A stretch of 64,000 nucleotides of DNA from Dehalococcoidia bacterium (GCA_965220655.1 CBDCQO010000011.1:39134-103133), one strand, 5' to 3'. Shown: positions 49,506 through 61,808, counted from the first letter of the stretch. The notes: generated by a model not told the origin, from the letters alone. Translations and numbers: made by a program.

Positions 49506-52500
49506 TCACGCCCCGGTCTCCAGCACACGATAGACCGTAACCTCCTGGTTGGCAAAGAAGACCTCGAGTGACAGCCCCACCATCGCGTCGAACTTCTCCA
49601 GCCCCGGCCCCGGGAAGTACACGCGCTCCGTAGGCCCGACGTAGACGTACTCGACGCCGTATTCCGACGCGAGGTCGAGGAAGAGACGCTCGCTCGAGGT
49701 CTCGTACATCAGACTGACGTCGTAGATGCGTCCGCGCACGGCGGCGGGTTCATCTCCGCCCGCGCCCCGCTGCTGTGTCTGGTGCCACTGCCAGCCGACC
49801 ACCACGGGCAGTCCGGTGTACTTGGCCACGCGCGGAGGCCAGCGGTACGCATGCGCAGTGACTCCCTCGAGGAACACCGGAGAGCCCTCGACGTTCGCAC
49901 GGATGAAGTCGATGGCCTCGGCGTCGTAACTCAACGCGTATCGCGCCTCGGGCAGCCCTTTGCTCGGCTCGGCCGGATCGCCGTAAACCGTCGTCCACTG
50001 ATACGCGTGCCCATCCAGTGTCATACCCACTGACGTATCGAATCTGTCCGCGAGGCGCGCCCGCGTGCCGAGCACTGGGAAGACAGCGCTGGCCAGCACG
50101 AGGATGGCCAGCGCGCCCAGCCAGACCTTGCCCCCCTTGCTGCCGAAGCGGACGGCCCCCGATGTCCATACGTGCCACAGCCCAACGCCTCCCACGATGC
50201 CGAACATCACCCACGCGTTCAGGTACAACTTGAACACGGTGTTCATCCGGTCTATGTCGTTCTCGACGGTCACGAAGTCCACGCCGACGCCGATACCCAG
50301 CGCAAGGACGAGCATGCCCAGCAGGAGCAGGTGCACTGGAGCAGCGCGCTCGTTGCTCCGGAAGAGCCAACCCAATGCAACCACCGACGCCCACAGGATG
50401 ACCAGCGACAGCAGCGCCACCGTCAGCCACTCCCGCAACGTGTCCGACCACACGAACGCGCCACCCACGAGCGCCAGCAACAGCAACCCGACCGCCGGCA
50501 CGGCCCGTCCACGCCATCCCATACCGCCCGCGTCTTCGCTCTCCGGCGCAGCCCTCTTGAACAGCTGCCGCGTCTCGAACACGAGCCAGGAGAGCACTGC
50601 GAACAGCAGCAGGGCGTGTATGGCGAGGTACTGCCAGAGCACTGTCCGCCACTCGCTCAGCTTCACGCCTGAGGCGGGGGCCTCGTAGTGCTGGTGGAAC
50701 GGCAGCCACGCCGCGTAGAGCACTCCCCAGAACAGCGCGGCCAGCAGCAGCCCCTTCGCGACCGTCATCGGTTCCGGCGGGCCGCCGCGTACGAACAGCG
50801 CGATGGCGACCGCCGCGAGGCCCAGCAGGCCGTACGCGGGCACTTCCCATGTGTTGATCGCGGCGAACGACCCCACGACGAACGCGAGCCCTGCGAGCGC
50901 GGGCAGCAGCCTTCGCAGCGGGACCGCCTTTCGCGCCCCCAGAACGAGGTTCGCCGCCAATCCGATGGCAAGCACCTGGAAGGGGAGCGATATGAGATGC
51001 GCATGGAGGTCGCCGAAGAGGAACGTCCAGAACGGGAACTCGTTGATCGCTATCTGGTCCGGCATCAGGCGGCTGCTGCGCCAGAAGTCGAAACGCCCGA
51101 ACGATTCGTCCGTGATGCTGCGCCACGCACCCTGCAGCAGTTGCGCGGCGCCGTCCACGTTCGCCAGCACCGTCACGAGGAGTGCAGCGCCCACCCCCGC
51201 CCAGACCGGGCTACCGCGGCGCGCCATCTGTGTGCCTCGCTGTCGCAGCGCTTCCGCCAGGTTGTAGCCCACGCCGAACGCGCCCGTCAGCGTGAATGCG
51301 AACAGCATCGGCAGCGCGAGGTTGTACGCGACCTCCGGCACGATGCCGGTCAGGCGTACCAGGGCCGCGACGGGCACGAACCCGTAGTAGTAGTAGTTGA
51401 TGAAGCCTCCGGCATACCACGGGTCGTAGGGCGGGAAGGTGGACGACTTCACGACGGCGATGAGGTAAGCCATGTCCATCGGCTTCTCGCCGCCGCGCCA
51501 CGCGTGCCAGAGGTCCGGGTTCGCGGCCCGCACCAGCACGAATACGAGATAGGCCGCGATGAACAGCGCCTCCACGCTCGCGATGTACTTCCAATGACGC
51601 TTCGCCAGCCCGATGAGCCATCGGTTGCGGTAGAGCAGCACGCCGGAGACCACGGCCAGCAGCAGTATCGAGAGCGCCACACTGACGCGAGAGAACGTCC
51701 ACACGCCAAGGCTCGCTCCCATCCACACCAGCCACGACACCAGCAGCAGCGCCAGCGGTTTCGCGAGCACGACGCCTCTGTCCGGCAACCAGCGCATCAG
51801 GCGCACGGCGAGCGGAAGTCCGGCGAGGAAGACGACTTCGATAGCGACCAGCCAGACGAGCCAGGGCGCCCAGTCGTTCAGCCCACCCTCGTCGAAGATG
51901 TCCGTCCATGTGCCGCCAGCCTGCTGCACGGCACGATCCTCGTCGCTCAGCAACGCTCTCTCGGGCGGCGGGTCGAGATCACCCAGGAACATGATGGCGC
52001 TGATGTCGTGCTCGCTGAGGCGCTCAACGTTCTGCCACACGAGCACGAGGGGATGGTCGTAGTTCGTGACATTCTCGTCCGCGTAGCCCAGGTCGAGCGC
52101 AAGCGCGCCGGTCTCCACGCCCGGCACACTCTCCGGGCGCTCCATGCCTGCAACCGTGAACGGGTCGTGCACGAACGACACACCCGCGAGGGTGGGGTAG
52201 CGGGCGAAGCCGCGCACGAGTTCGAAGCCAAGTTCACCGGAGAAGAGGGCCCGGTAGTACGCCGCGCTGTAGGGATAGCGCTCCGGCACCCGGGAGATGC
52301 TCCCCCAGGGCCGGTTGCTGTACGACATGATGTAGTCGGCCCTGGCGACCTGATCGGCCACCTCTGACGCCTTATTGAACGTATCGCCCTCGTACATGCG
52401 CAACTGGTCGACGTTGAACCGTCCGAGGTTCGGAAAGCCCTCGTCCCAGTGGTTGTCGGTCACGACGTTCGAGCGGGATGGAGCGTTCTCGTTCATCCAG

Positions 52501-53933
52501 GCGGACGCCTGTATGCCCGGGTGGTCCGTGAAGTAGATCGAGGCGAACGCGAGCGCGTAGAAGGCGGTCGAGGCCACGACGAACGCCATCACCGCTTTGA
52601 CGACACGCTCCCACGCGACCCCGCGCGCCCGCGCGAACCGGTACGCCTCCATGAGCCAGTGGCTTCCGAGCAGGACGAGCACGAGCAGCGTTGGGGCCAC
52701 GTAACGCAGGAACTTCACTTCGAAGAGCGGCACGATGCCTGCGAGGAGGACGACGACCCACGAGATGAGCAACCACTCGCCGATGCGCGGACGCCGCAGC
52801 CCCGCTATCAGGGACGCAGCCAGTCCTCCCCACGCAACGACGCCAAGCGGCAGGCCCAGGGCCCAGACCGAGGTCTGGCGGAGTTCGTACAGGCCGTTGC
52901 GCGGTATGCCGACGTACTGGAGCGTGTACGGCACGAGTCCGGCAGTGCGGGCGACCATCCCTTCCCAGCCGAGGTCCGCCACGTACTTCCGGTAGTCGAT
53001 CAGCGCGTACGGCTGTAGCACGATGAAGGTGAGGAGGGCAACGCCAAACGCGAGCAAGGCGGGACGCACCATAGGTTGTACGAGTGGCCAGCCCTTTTCG
53101 CCGGTCTCCCACTGCCGCCACAGGAGCGCAGCGTAGGTGAGAGCGACCGGCGCGAGTATCGGCAGGCTGCTGCCCCTGAACGCGAAGGTCATCCCGATGA
53201 CGAAGCCGAGAACGGCGTGGTCGCGGAGGCGCCCGCGCTCCAGAACGTTCAGCATCCACCAGAAGGCGACGAGCGCCAGCAGCACCACGAACGACTCGGG
53301 GCGGTAGAAGTGCGTGACCTGGATGTTGAAGACGGTGAAGGCCCCGAGCGCGGCGGCGAGCAGGCCGGCGCCGTGCCCGAAGAGCCGCCGTCCCAGGAAG
53401 AACAGCAGCACTATCGAGGCCGTATCCGCGAACGCCGCCAACGCGCGCCCCGCCGATGCCAGGTCCTCCAGCCGCACCTGGTCCATGAACGGTTCCAGGA
53501 CGAAACGGATGCCAACCAGCAGGTAGATGATGATGGTGCCGAGCGGGAACCAGTGCGGATTGAGCGGGCTTGCGTCCTTATCCAGGAACGTGCCGATGCC
53601 GGGGAAGCCCGGCCTGTCCTCCGGGAAATCGCGGTTCTGGCACGAGTTCCACCCCGGAGCCTCGGTCAGTACGCGGTACATGCAGTCCGCGCGGAGATAG
53701 ATCGAGCGCTCGTCAGGGTGATAGAAACTGCCCCCGTCCCAGTCGAGGCCATGCAGCCGCAGGCCGAGCGCGGCGGCGGCAATCACGAGCAGGACGAAGA
53801 CCCAGGCGGGAGCAGCCCTGAGCCAACCACGCACCAGCGCGAGCTCGACGGCCACGCTCGACGGTCGCTCCTGCGGCTCAGTCTCCGTGGCGCTGGGCGG
53901 GGAAGGCAGCGCGTCGGTTGACATATCGCTCAC
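49506..53933 (-). CDS. Large membrane protein: PMT/GT-C glycosyltransferase-like domain fused to YYY (DUF2298) domain
   Basis: HPDER, WDEG, GGEKPMD, PPYDPWYAG..INYYYYG, NEFP..FLFGDLHAH, RMNTVFKLY, GWQWHQTQQR. Confidence 0.88.
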   Translation of the reverse strand: MSDMSTDALPSPPSATETEPQERPSSVAVELALVRGWLRAAPAWVFVLLVIAAAALGLRLHGLDWDGGSFYHPDERSIYLRADCMYRVLTEAPGWNSCQNRDFPEDRPGFPGIGTFLDKDASPLNPHWFPLGTIIIYLLVGIRFVLEPFMDQVRLEDLASAGRALAAFADTASIVLLFFLGRRLFGHGAGLLAAALGAFTVFNIQVTHFYRPESFVVLLALVAFWWMLNVLERGRLRDHAVLGFVIGMTFAFRGSSLPILAPVALTYAALLWRQWETGEKGWPLVQPMVRPALLAFGVALLTFIVLQPYALIDYRKYVADLGWEGMVARTAGLVPYTLQYVGIPRNGLYELRQTSVWALGLPLGVVAWGGLAASLIAGLRRPRIGEWLLISWVVVLLAGIVPLFEVKFLRYVAPTLLVLVLLGSHWLMEAYRFARARGVAWERVVKAVMAFVVASTAFYALAFASIYFTDHPGIQASAWMNENAPSRSNVVTDNHWDEGFPNLGRFNVDQLRMYEGDTFNKASEVADQVARADYIMSYSNRPWGSISRVPERYPYSAAYYRALFSGELGFELVRGFARYPTLAGVSFVHDPFTVAGMERPESVPGVETGALALDLGYADENVTNYDHPLVLVWQNVERLSEHDISAIMFLGDLDPPPERALLSDEDRAVQQAGGTWTDIFDEGGLNDWAPWLVWLVAIEVVFLAGLPLAVRLMRWLPDRGVVLAKPLALLLVSWLVWMGASLGVWTFSRVSVALSILLLAVVSGVLLYRNRWLIGLAKRHWKYIASVEALFIAAYLVFVLVRAANPDLWHAWRGGEKPMDMAYLIAVVKSSTFPPYDPWYAGGFINYYYYGFVPVAALVRLTGIVPEVAYNLALPMLFAFTLTGAFGVGYNLAEALRQRGTQMARRGSPVWAGVGAALLVTVLANVDGAAQLLQGAWRSITDESFGRFDFWRSSRLMPDQIAINEFPFWTFLFGDLHAHLISLPFQVLAIGLAANLVLGARKAVPLRRLLPALAGLAFVVGSFAAINTWEVPAYGLLGLAAVAIALFVRGGPPEPMTVAKGLLLAALFWGVLYAAWLPFHQHYEAPASGVKLSEWRTVLWQYLAIHALLLFAVLSWLVFETRQLFKRAAPESEDAGGMGWRGRAVPAVGLLLLALVGGAFVWSDTLREWLTVALLSLVILWASVVALGWLFRSNERAAPVHLLLLGMLVLALGIGVGVDFVTVENDIDRMNTVFKLYLNAWVMFGIVGGVGLWHVWTSGAVRFGSKGGKVWLGALAILVLASAVFPVLGTRARLADRFDTSVGMTLDGHAYQWTTVYGDPAEPSKGLPEARYALSYDAEAIDFIRANVEGSPVFLEGVTAHAYRWPPRVAKYTGLPVVVGWQWHQTQQRGAGGDEPAAVRGRIYDVSLMYETSSERLFLDLASEYGVEYVYVGPTERVYFPGPGLEKFDAMVGLSLEVFFANQEVTVYRVLETGA

Positions 53934-54013
53934 GAACGGCAGGCCGCGAACCTACGGCGTGGGCGCGGGCCTGCACATATGCGATGCGCAGGCCCGCGGC
54001 GAAGTGCCGTGCC

Positions 54014-55027
54014 TCAGAGGCCTCTCTCCGCGATCATCGCCGTGAGGTCGGATGTGCGGCAGGAATAACCCCATTCGTTGTCGTACCAGCCGAGCACCTT
54101 CACCATGTTGCCCTCCATCACCATGGTGGAGTCGGCGTCGAAGATGCAGCTGGCCGGGTTCATCTTGATATCGCTGCTGACGATGGGGTCTTCGGTGTAT
54201 TCGAGGATGCCGTTCAGCGCGCCCTCGGCGGCCTTCCGGAACGCCTCGTTCACCTCTTCCTTCGTCACGTCGCGCCCGACGTCGGCGACGAAGTCGGTGA
54301 TGGAGCCCGTGGGCACGGGCACGCGCAGCGCCATGCCGTGCAGCTTGCCGTTCAGCTCTGGGATCACTACGCCGACGACCTTCGCAGCACCAGTGCTGGT
54401 GGGGATGATGTTGGACGCGGCGGCGCGGGCGCGGCGCATGTCCGAGTGCACCTGGTCGAGGATCTGCTGGTCGTTCGTGTAGGCGTGGACGGTGGTCATC
54501 AACCCGTGCTGGATGCCGAACTCGTCGTTGAGCACCTTGATGAGTTGCGCCACGCAGTTGGTCGTGCAGGACGCGTTGGAGAGCACGTGGTGCGCGTCCG
54601 GGTCGTACTCGTCGGCGTTCACGCCCAGTACGAGCGTCTTGTCCTCGCCGGTGGCGGGCGCGGAGATGATGACCTTCTTCGCTCCGGCCTCGATGTGGCC
54701 CGCGGCTTTCTCGCGCTGCGTGAAGATGCCCGTGGACTCGATGACGATGTCCACGCCGAGGTCTCCCCACGGCAGGTCGGCGGGGTTCCGCTCCGAGAGC
54801 GACTGGATGAGACGCCCATCCACCTCGATGCCGCCGTCCACGGCCTGCACCGTGCCGGGGTAGCGCCCGTAGTTCGAGTCGTACTTGAAGAGGTGCGCGT
54901 TCGCCTGCGGGGCCGCGAGGTCGTTCACCGCGACCACTTCCAACTCGTCCGGATGCCGTTCCAACGTCGCCCGGAGCACCTGCCTGCCGATGCGCCCAAA
55001 GCCGTTGATGCCAACTCTCGTGCTCAT
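54014..55027 (-). CDS. gap: Glyceraldehyde-3-phosphate dehydrogenase, type I
   Basis: [26 protein letters not shown]. Confidence 0.98.
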   Translation of the reverse strand: MSTRVGINGFGRIGRQVLRATLERHPDELEVVAVNDLAAPQANAHLFKYDSNYGRYPGTVQAVDGGIEVDGRLIQSLSERNPADLPWGDLGVDIVIESTGIFTQREKAAGHIEAGAKKVIISAPATGEDKTLVLGVNADEYDPDAHHVLSNASCTTNCVAQLIKVLNDEFGIQHGLMTTVHAYTNDQQILDQVHSDMRRARAAASNIIPTSTGAAKVVGVVIPELNGKLHGMALRVPVPTGSITDFVADVGRDVTKEEVNEAFRKAAEGALNGILEYTEDPIVSSDIKMNPASCIFDADSTMVMEGNMVKVLGWYDNEWGYSCRTSDLTAMIAERGL

Positions 55028-55111
55028 ACGCCTCTTTCTCCTCCTTGCGTAAGCCTCGTTCCTGAGGCTGTTCCATGCTATAGACCGTTCGCCTGCACAA
55101 CAAGGCGCGGG

Positions 55112-55573
55112 TCAGGCCGTACGGCTGACCGCGTCGCTCGCCGGTTGCCATGTTTCGTTGTGGATGCTGTCGCCGATCCATTCCCGCAGTTCGATGCCGA
55201 TACCGTTGGGGTCGAGGATCTCCGCGCGCCAGCCGTTGAAGGACGAGCCCGACTTCGGCTCCTGCACGAACGTCACGCCGCGCTCGCGCAGGGCGGCAGC
55301 GGTCGCCTCCATGTCCTCCACCGTAAGAGCGATGGCCTTGACGCCCATGCGCCCCACGTCCACCTCCTCGGATGCACGCTCTGAAGGAGCGGCGATGAGC
55401 TCCACCATCATGTCGCCGAGGGTGATGCACGCCTGTTCGTGCGCCGTGCCATCCGGTCTGTGCGCCACCGTGGTGCGCAGGTGCCGGAAGCCGAGGACGT
55501 CCGTGTAGAACGTCAGCGACTCCTTCATGTCTTTCGCCCAGACCTCGACGTGGTCCATACCCGTGATGCCCAT
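55112..55573 (-). CDS. VOC family protein
   Basis: DHVEV, FYTDVLGF, DPNGIGIEL. Confidence 0.85.
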   Translation of the reverse strand: MGITGMDHVEVWAKDMKESLTFYTDVLGFRHLRTTVAHRPDGTAHEQACITLGDMMVELIAAPSERASEEVDVGRMGVKAIALTVEDMEATAAALRERGVTFVQEPKSGSSFNGWRAEILDPNGIGIELREWIGDSIHNETWQPASDAVSRTA

Positions 55574-55577
55574 CTCG

Positions 55578-56933
<1,356 letters not shown>

Positions 56934-57485
56934 TCAGTGCGCCGCAGCACGCTCCCGCGCGTCGCGCTCATGCGCAGCGGCTATCGCCTTCTCCACCGCG
57001 TCCACGGGCGAGTCTGCGCGCGTGATCTCCAGCGGGTAGCCGTCGCCGCTCGCCATCTCCCACGTCTCGAGGCCGATGACCGGCGTGCCGTCGCCCAGCG
57101 CGTGGGCTATCTCGGAGAGCGTGCCGTATGCGCCGTCCACGGCGATGGCCGCGCGCCCCGTCTTGACCACGATGACGTTCCGCGCGTAGCCCATGCCGGT
57201 CATCACGGGGTAGTCCACCCACGGATTCGCGGCGCGCGGGTCGTCCCCGGGCATCATTCCTATCGTGACGCCGCCCGCGGACTTGGCCCCCCTGCACGCA
57301 GCCTCCATCACGCCGCCGAGCCCTCCGCACACCACAACCGCGCCGCGTTGAGCGAGCTCCCGCCCCACGGCCTCCGCGAGTTCGTAGGCTCGGGCAGAGG
57401 GCGCGCCGCCTCCTATCACCGAGATGAGCAGGGGGCGTTCAGAAGCGTCCGATGGATGCGAGGTGTTGGTCGGGGGGTTCGTCAT
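56934..57485 (-). CDS. LOG family protein (TIGR00725-like)
   Basis: CGGLGGVMEAACRGAK, GMGYARN, GAYGTLSEI. Confidence 0.9.
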   Translation of the reverse strand: MTNPPTNTSHPSDASERPLLISVIGGGAPSARAYELAEAVGRELAQRGAVVVCGGLGGVMEAACRGAKSAGGVTIGMMPGDDPRAANPWVDYPVMTGMGYARNVIVVKTGRAAIAVDGAYGTLSEIAHALGDGTPVIGLETWEMASGDGYPLEITRADSPVDAVEKAIAAAHERDARERAAAH

Positions 57486-57539
57486 ACTCTGGCCCGTGCG
57501 GCGCCTTCGATTCTACCAGCCGAGCCCGGTTGGGGGTGA

Positions 57540-57844
57540 CTAGTGATTAAGGACGTCAACGAGCCTGCCTGGTGACATTCTTAATCGTCGCTCTAGGAGT
57601 AAAACGGCTGCGCCATCTGACATCCTTAATCCCTTTGCCCAGCCCGTTTCCATGGCCGTGGCCTGCTTCCCGCCATTAAGGAAGTAACAATGTCAACGAA
57701 AACAAAGTTCTGCGCCGCCGCCCATAGATTCTGTCGATGGACGGGGGCGCGAGCCATAGACGCGGTCTATGGGTGCTGCGGGCGGGACGGTCATGCAGCC
57801 AGCGTACGCGGTAGGGGCGCGACCGCGAAAGGGGCGGGTGTCGC
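57540..57844 (-). repeat. Dispersed ~300-bp structured element, copy D
   Basis: Head 57789-57844; GGGAAGCAGGCCACGGCC at 57654-57671; ATTAAG(G/A)A motif present four times in both orientations. Confidence 0.72.
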
Positions 57845-57973
57845 AGACGTTATCCGGTGACAACGGCTGTGTGCGTCGGTTAGGACAGGGCTCACCCGAG
57901 AGATGTTTCGACTCCGCCTGCGGCTCCGCTCAACATGACAACGCCCGCTCCGCCGCACCCCACCGCGTGCGCT

Positions 57974-58086
57974 GCCGACGGCGGCGCCTGCGGCGTCCAT
58001 GAGCGGGGCGGGGTAGACGCCCACGAACACGGTGCCCGCGAAAAGGAACCAGACCGGCACGGAGGCTGCGATCGGCAGGCGCAGGC
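57974..58086 (-). repeat. Duplicate of a segment near the 3' end of nuoN (direct repeat of 60379-60491)
   Basis: 113 bp with about 5 mismatches; encodes LRLPIAASVPVWFLFAGTVFVGVYPAPLMDAA. Confidence 0.9.
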
Positions 58087-58135
58087 TTGGCTGCTAGGGT
58101 ACTATGGGAGCCGAGGAGCGGAGAGGAGGCTGAAG

Positions 58136-58330
58136 ATGGCGCATTGCGTCCTTTCGTTGCCCGACAGGTACGGGATCGGCGGGGACGTTGTCGATGGCTA
58201 CGGCGCGCTGCCGCAGGGCCGGGGGACGCAACTGCCCTACAAGAACTCGCTCGGCAGCGCCGACTTCCTGCACCCGCTCCCGTGGACGGCCGTCGCCGTC
58301 GGGGCGAGCGCCGCCGACGCGGAGGAGTAG
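58136..58330 (+). CDS. Small hypothetical protein, 64 aa (possibly a gene remnant)
   Basis: GGAGG RBS; stop lies 4 nt before the next gene. Confidence 0.45.
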   Translation: MAHCVLSLPDRYGIGGDVVDGYGALPQGRGTQLPYKNSLGSADFLHPLPWTAVAVGASAADAEE

Positions 58331-58334
58331 CCGC

Positions 58335-60278
58335 ATGGCCGTCGTCAGCGTCGAAATCACGGAACGCGCGCCCTTCGCCGACGGCGCGGAATCCGGCGAA
58401 GCCGGCCCATACGAGCGTGTCGACGGGCTGCTGACCCACGCCATCGACCCCGCGAACCCGGCGAACGCGCTCATCACCGACCTCGCGCTGGCGCGGCGCG
58501 GCGCCGACGGTCTCGTGCGCTTCACGGGCGATTTCACGCTCATCGCACCGGTCGACCGGGAGCGCGGCAACGGCGAACTGCTGATCGACGTCGTGAACCG
58601 GGGGCGGCGGCAAGTGATGCCGACCTTCAACCTGGCGCCGCCGTCGCGCGTGGGATCGTCGGAGATCCCCCTCGGCGACGGTTTCCTCTGCCGCCGGGGT
58701 TACACGGTGTTGTCGGTCGGGTGGCAGTGGGATGTCCCGCGTAGTCCGGCGATGATGGGCCTCGAGGCTCCCGTGGCCTTCGAGAACGGGAAGCCTGCGA
58801 CGGGGCAGGTGCTGGTGGAGATCAGGCCCGACGCGCCGCAGCGGACGCGGCTGCTGGCGAACCGCGTCCACAAGCCGTATCCAGCAGCCGACGTCGACGA
58901 ACCGCAGGCCCGGCTGCTGGTGAAGGACTGGGAGGATGGGCCATACCGGGAGATTCCGCGTTCGGCATGGCGGTTCGCCGAAGAAACGGACGCTGGCGTC
59001 TTTCCCTCCGCCTCGCACATCACCGTCGAGGCTGGGATGGAGCCAGGGAAGATCTACCACGTCGTCTACACTACCGACCACGCTCCCGTTGTGGGCGCAG
59101 GACTGCTCGCCGTGCGCGACGCCGCGGCGTGGTTGAAGAACGGGGGGAGCTCGCTCGCGCCGTCCGGCTTCGCGTATGCTCACGCCTACGGCGTGTCCCA
59201 GACCGGCCGGCTGCTCCGGCACCTGCTCTACCTCGGCCTGAACGTCGACGAGGAGGGGCGGCAGGTGTACGATGGCCTGCTCGTGCACGTCGCCGGCGCA
59301 CGCCGGGGCGAATTCAACCAGCGTTTCGGCCAGCCGTCCGTACAGTCGACCCCGGGGTTCGGCCACCTCTTCCCGTTCGCGGACAACGAACTGTCCGACC
59401 CCTTCACCGAGGAGCAAGACGGCCTGCTGCGCCGGGTGCGCGCCGCTGGCGCCGCGCCGCGCGTCGTCTATACCAACACCTCGGCGGAGTACTGGCGTGG
59501 CGACGGCTCGCTCACGCACATCGACCCCACGGGGCGGCACGACCTCGACGAGGCGCCGGAGTCGCGCACGTACCTCTTCGCCAGCACGCAACACACGATG
59601 ACCGACTCGCTCCCCGCGCCGGGCGACCCCAACGTCGACGGCACGGAGCGCCGGTTCCCCGGCAACGCGCTTGACTATCGCCCGCTGCTGCGCGCCGCGC
59701 TCGCCAACCTGAGCGCGTGGGCGCGCGGCGACGCCCAGCCTCCGCCGTCCCGCCATCCCCGGCTCGACAACGGCGACGCCGTGACGCGCGCCCACGCGCT
59801 CGCGAGCCTCCGCGCGGTGGACGACGACGCGAAGCCCGACCCGGAGCGGCTGTGGCGGCTGCGCGAGGCCAACATGGGGCCTCGCGCAAGCGAAGGCGTC
59901 GGCGCCTACCCTGTCGCCGAGGGACGCGCCTACCCCAGCTTCGTCTCCGCGCTCGACGCCGACGGCAACGAGGTGGCCGGCATCCGGCTGCCGGACATCG
60001 AGGCGCCGGTGGGGGCGCACTCCGGCTGGAACCCGCGCCACCCGGACTCGGGGTCGCCAGAGCAGATCATCCCGATGGTGGGGTTCTCCCTGTTCTTCAG
60101 TCCAGACGAAGTGCGCCGTCGCTACGCGGACAGGGCGGCGTACGAGGCGCAGGCCCGCTCGGCGGCGGAGCGGCTCGCCGCCGAGCGCTACCTACTCGCG
60201 GAGGACGTTGATGTCGTCGTCGCCGGTGCCCTCTCGCGCTACGACGACGCGCTGGCGGGGGATTCGGGGGCGGAGTAG
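58335..60278 (+). CDS. Alpha/beta hydrolase domain protein (Abhydrolase_10-like)
   Basis: GPYE, NALITDL, DVVNRG, GWQWD, GVSQTGR nucleophile, TSAEYW, DADGNE..GIRLP. Confidence 0.85.
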   Translation: MAVVSVEITERAPFADGAESGEAGPYERVDGLLTHAIDPANPANALITDLALARRGADGLVRFTGDFTLIAPVDRERGNGELLIDVVNRGRRQVMPTFNLAPPSRVGSSEIPLGDGFLCRRGYTVLSVGWQWDVPRSPAMMGLEAPVAFENGKPATGQVLVEIRPDAPQRTRLLANRVHKPYPAADVDEPQARLLVKDWEDGPYREIPRSAWRFAEETDAGVFPSASHITVEAGMEPGKIYHVVYTTDHAPVVGAGLLAVRDAAAWLKNGGSSLAPSGFAYAHAYGVSQTGRLLRHLLYLGLNVDEEGRQVYDGLLVHVAGARRGEFNQRFGQPSVQSTPGFGHLFPFADNELSDPFTEEQDGLLRRVRAAGAAPRVVYTNTSAEYWRGDGSLTHIDPTGRHDLDEAPESRTYLFASTQHTMTDSLPAPGDPNVDGTERRFPGNALDYRPLLRAALANLSAWARGDAQPPPSRHPRLDNGDAVTRAHALASLRAVDDDAKPDPERLWRLREANMGPRASEGVGAYPVAEGRAYPSFVSALDADGNEVAGIRLPDIEAPVGAHSGWNPRHPDSGSPEQIIPMVGFSLFFSPDEVRRRYADRAAYEAQARSAAERLAAERYLLAEDVDVVVAGALSRYDDALAGDSGAE

Positions 60279-60357
60279 AGGTCCCACCGCGTGCGCTGGC
60301 TGCACACGTGTGACCTAGCGGTCACCCAGATTCCCGCCGGTGCGGGAATGACGGGAT

Positions 60358-61806
60358 CTAGAGGAAGGGGGCGAGGACGCCGACGGCGGCGCTTGCGGCG
60401 TCCATGAGCGGGGCGGGGTAGACGCCGACGAACACGGTGCCCGCAAAGAGGAACCAGACCGGCACGGAGGCTGCAATCGGCAGGCGCAGGCGTCCCGCCT
60501 CGGCTGCGTCGCCCACGTACATCTCGCGCACGATGCGCAGGTAGTAGTAGAGCGATACGAGGCTGTTGACGACCGCGACCACCATGAGCCAGAAGAGCCC
60601 GCCCTCGACGGCAGACGTGAACAGGAGGAACTTCGTGACGAAGCCCGCGAAGATGGGCAGGCCCGCCAGCGAGAACATCGCCGACGCCATGACCATCGCG
60701 AGGAACGGCGACCGCGACGCCAGGCCCGCGTAGTCCGCGATGCGCTCCCTGCCGGTCTTCGCCTCTACGGCGATGACGACAGCGAACGCGGCGAGGTTGG
60801 TGAACGAGTAGCCGGCGATGTGGAGCAGCGCGGCGCGCGCGCCAGACTCGTTGAGCGCGATGATGCCGATCAGCACGAAGCCCACCTGGGCAACGCTGCT
60901 GTACGCCAGCAGCCGCTTGATGTTGTCCTGCACCAGCGCCGTGAACGTTCCCACGGTCATCGTCAGCGCCGCGAGGATCGCCAGCGCCAGCTGCCACTCC
61001 TCAAGCGTCGCCCTCCCGGCCTCCGCGAGGAAGCGCAGCGTGAGCGCGAACGCCGCCGCCTTGGAGAGGACGGACACGAGCGCGGTGACCGGCGTGGGCG
61101 CGCCCTCATAGACGTCCGGCGCCCAGAGGTGGAACGGCGCCATCGAGAGTTTGAAACCGAGTCCGGCCACGAACATGGCCAGTCCCAGCGCCACCGTCGG
61201 CCCGAACACCGCCTCGAGGAGCAGTTCCGAGCGCCGGAAGCCTGTCTCCCCGATCGCGCCGTAGATCAGCGCGATGCCGAAGAGCATGACCGCGGACGAG
61301 ATCGCGCCCAGCAGGATGTACTTCACCGCGGCCTCGCCGGAGCGCGAGTCGCCCCGGCTCAGCGCGACCAGCACGTAGAGGCAGAACGCCAGTAATTCGA
61401 TGGCGATGTAGGCGGTCAGCAGCTCCGCCGCGCCCGCCATGAGGCTCGCGCCCAGCACCGCGAACACCAGGAGGGAGTAGAACTCTCCGGTATGCCGGAT
61501 GCGGGTGTGCACGTACTCCATGGAGATGAGCACGACCACGGCCCCGATGGCCATCGCCAGCGCCTTGAACAGCAACGCGTAACGGTCCACGTAGATCAGG
61601 TGCTCGTACAGGATCTCGTGCGTGTCCCACTGCATCGAGAGCGTGACGATGAACGTCACCGCCAGGCCCAAGACCGTCAGCCCGGCGAGCACGCCGTTCT
61701 TCGCGCCGCGCGACGCCCAAGGGACCGTGAAGTCCACAATGAGCACCAGCACGCCGAGCCCAGCGAGCATGAACTCCGGTATCAGGAGTGTGAAGTCCAC
61801 CTGCAT
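60358..61806 (-). CDS. nuoN: NADH-quinone oxidoreductase subunit N
   Basis: EAAVKY, FKLSMAPFHLWAPDVYEGAPTP, KRLLAYSS, SLAGLP, SLYYYL. Confidence 0.95.
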   Translation of the reverse strand: MQVDFTLLIPEFMLAGLGVLVLIVDFTVPWASRGAKNGVLAGLTVLGLAVTFIVTLSMQWDTHEILYEHLIYVDRYALLFKALAMAIGAVVVLISMEYVHTRIRHTGEFYSLLVFAVLGASLMAGAAELLTAYIAIELLAFCLYVLVALSRGDSRSGEAAVKYILLGAISSAVMLFGIALIYGAIGETGFRRSELLLEAVFGPTVALGLAMFVAGLGFKLSMAPFHLWAPDVYEGAPTPVTALVSVLSKAAAFALTLRFLAEAGRATLEEWQLALAILAALTMTVGTFTALVQDNIKRLLAYSSVAQVGFVLIGIIALNESGARAALLHIAGYSFTNLAAFAVVIAVEAKTGRERIADYAGLASRSPFLAMVMASAMFSLAGLPIFAGFVTKFLLFTSAVEGGLFWLMVVAVVNSLVSLYYYLRIVREMYVGDAAEAGRLRLPIAASVPVWFLFAGTVFVGVYPAPLMDAASAAVGVLAPFL

Positions 61807-61808
61807 CG

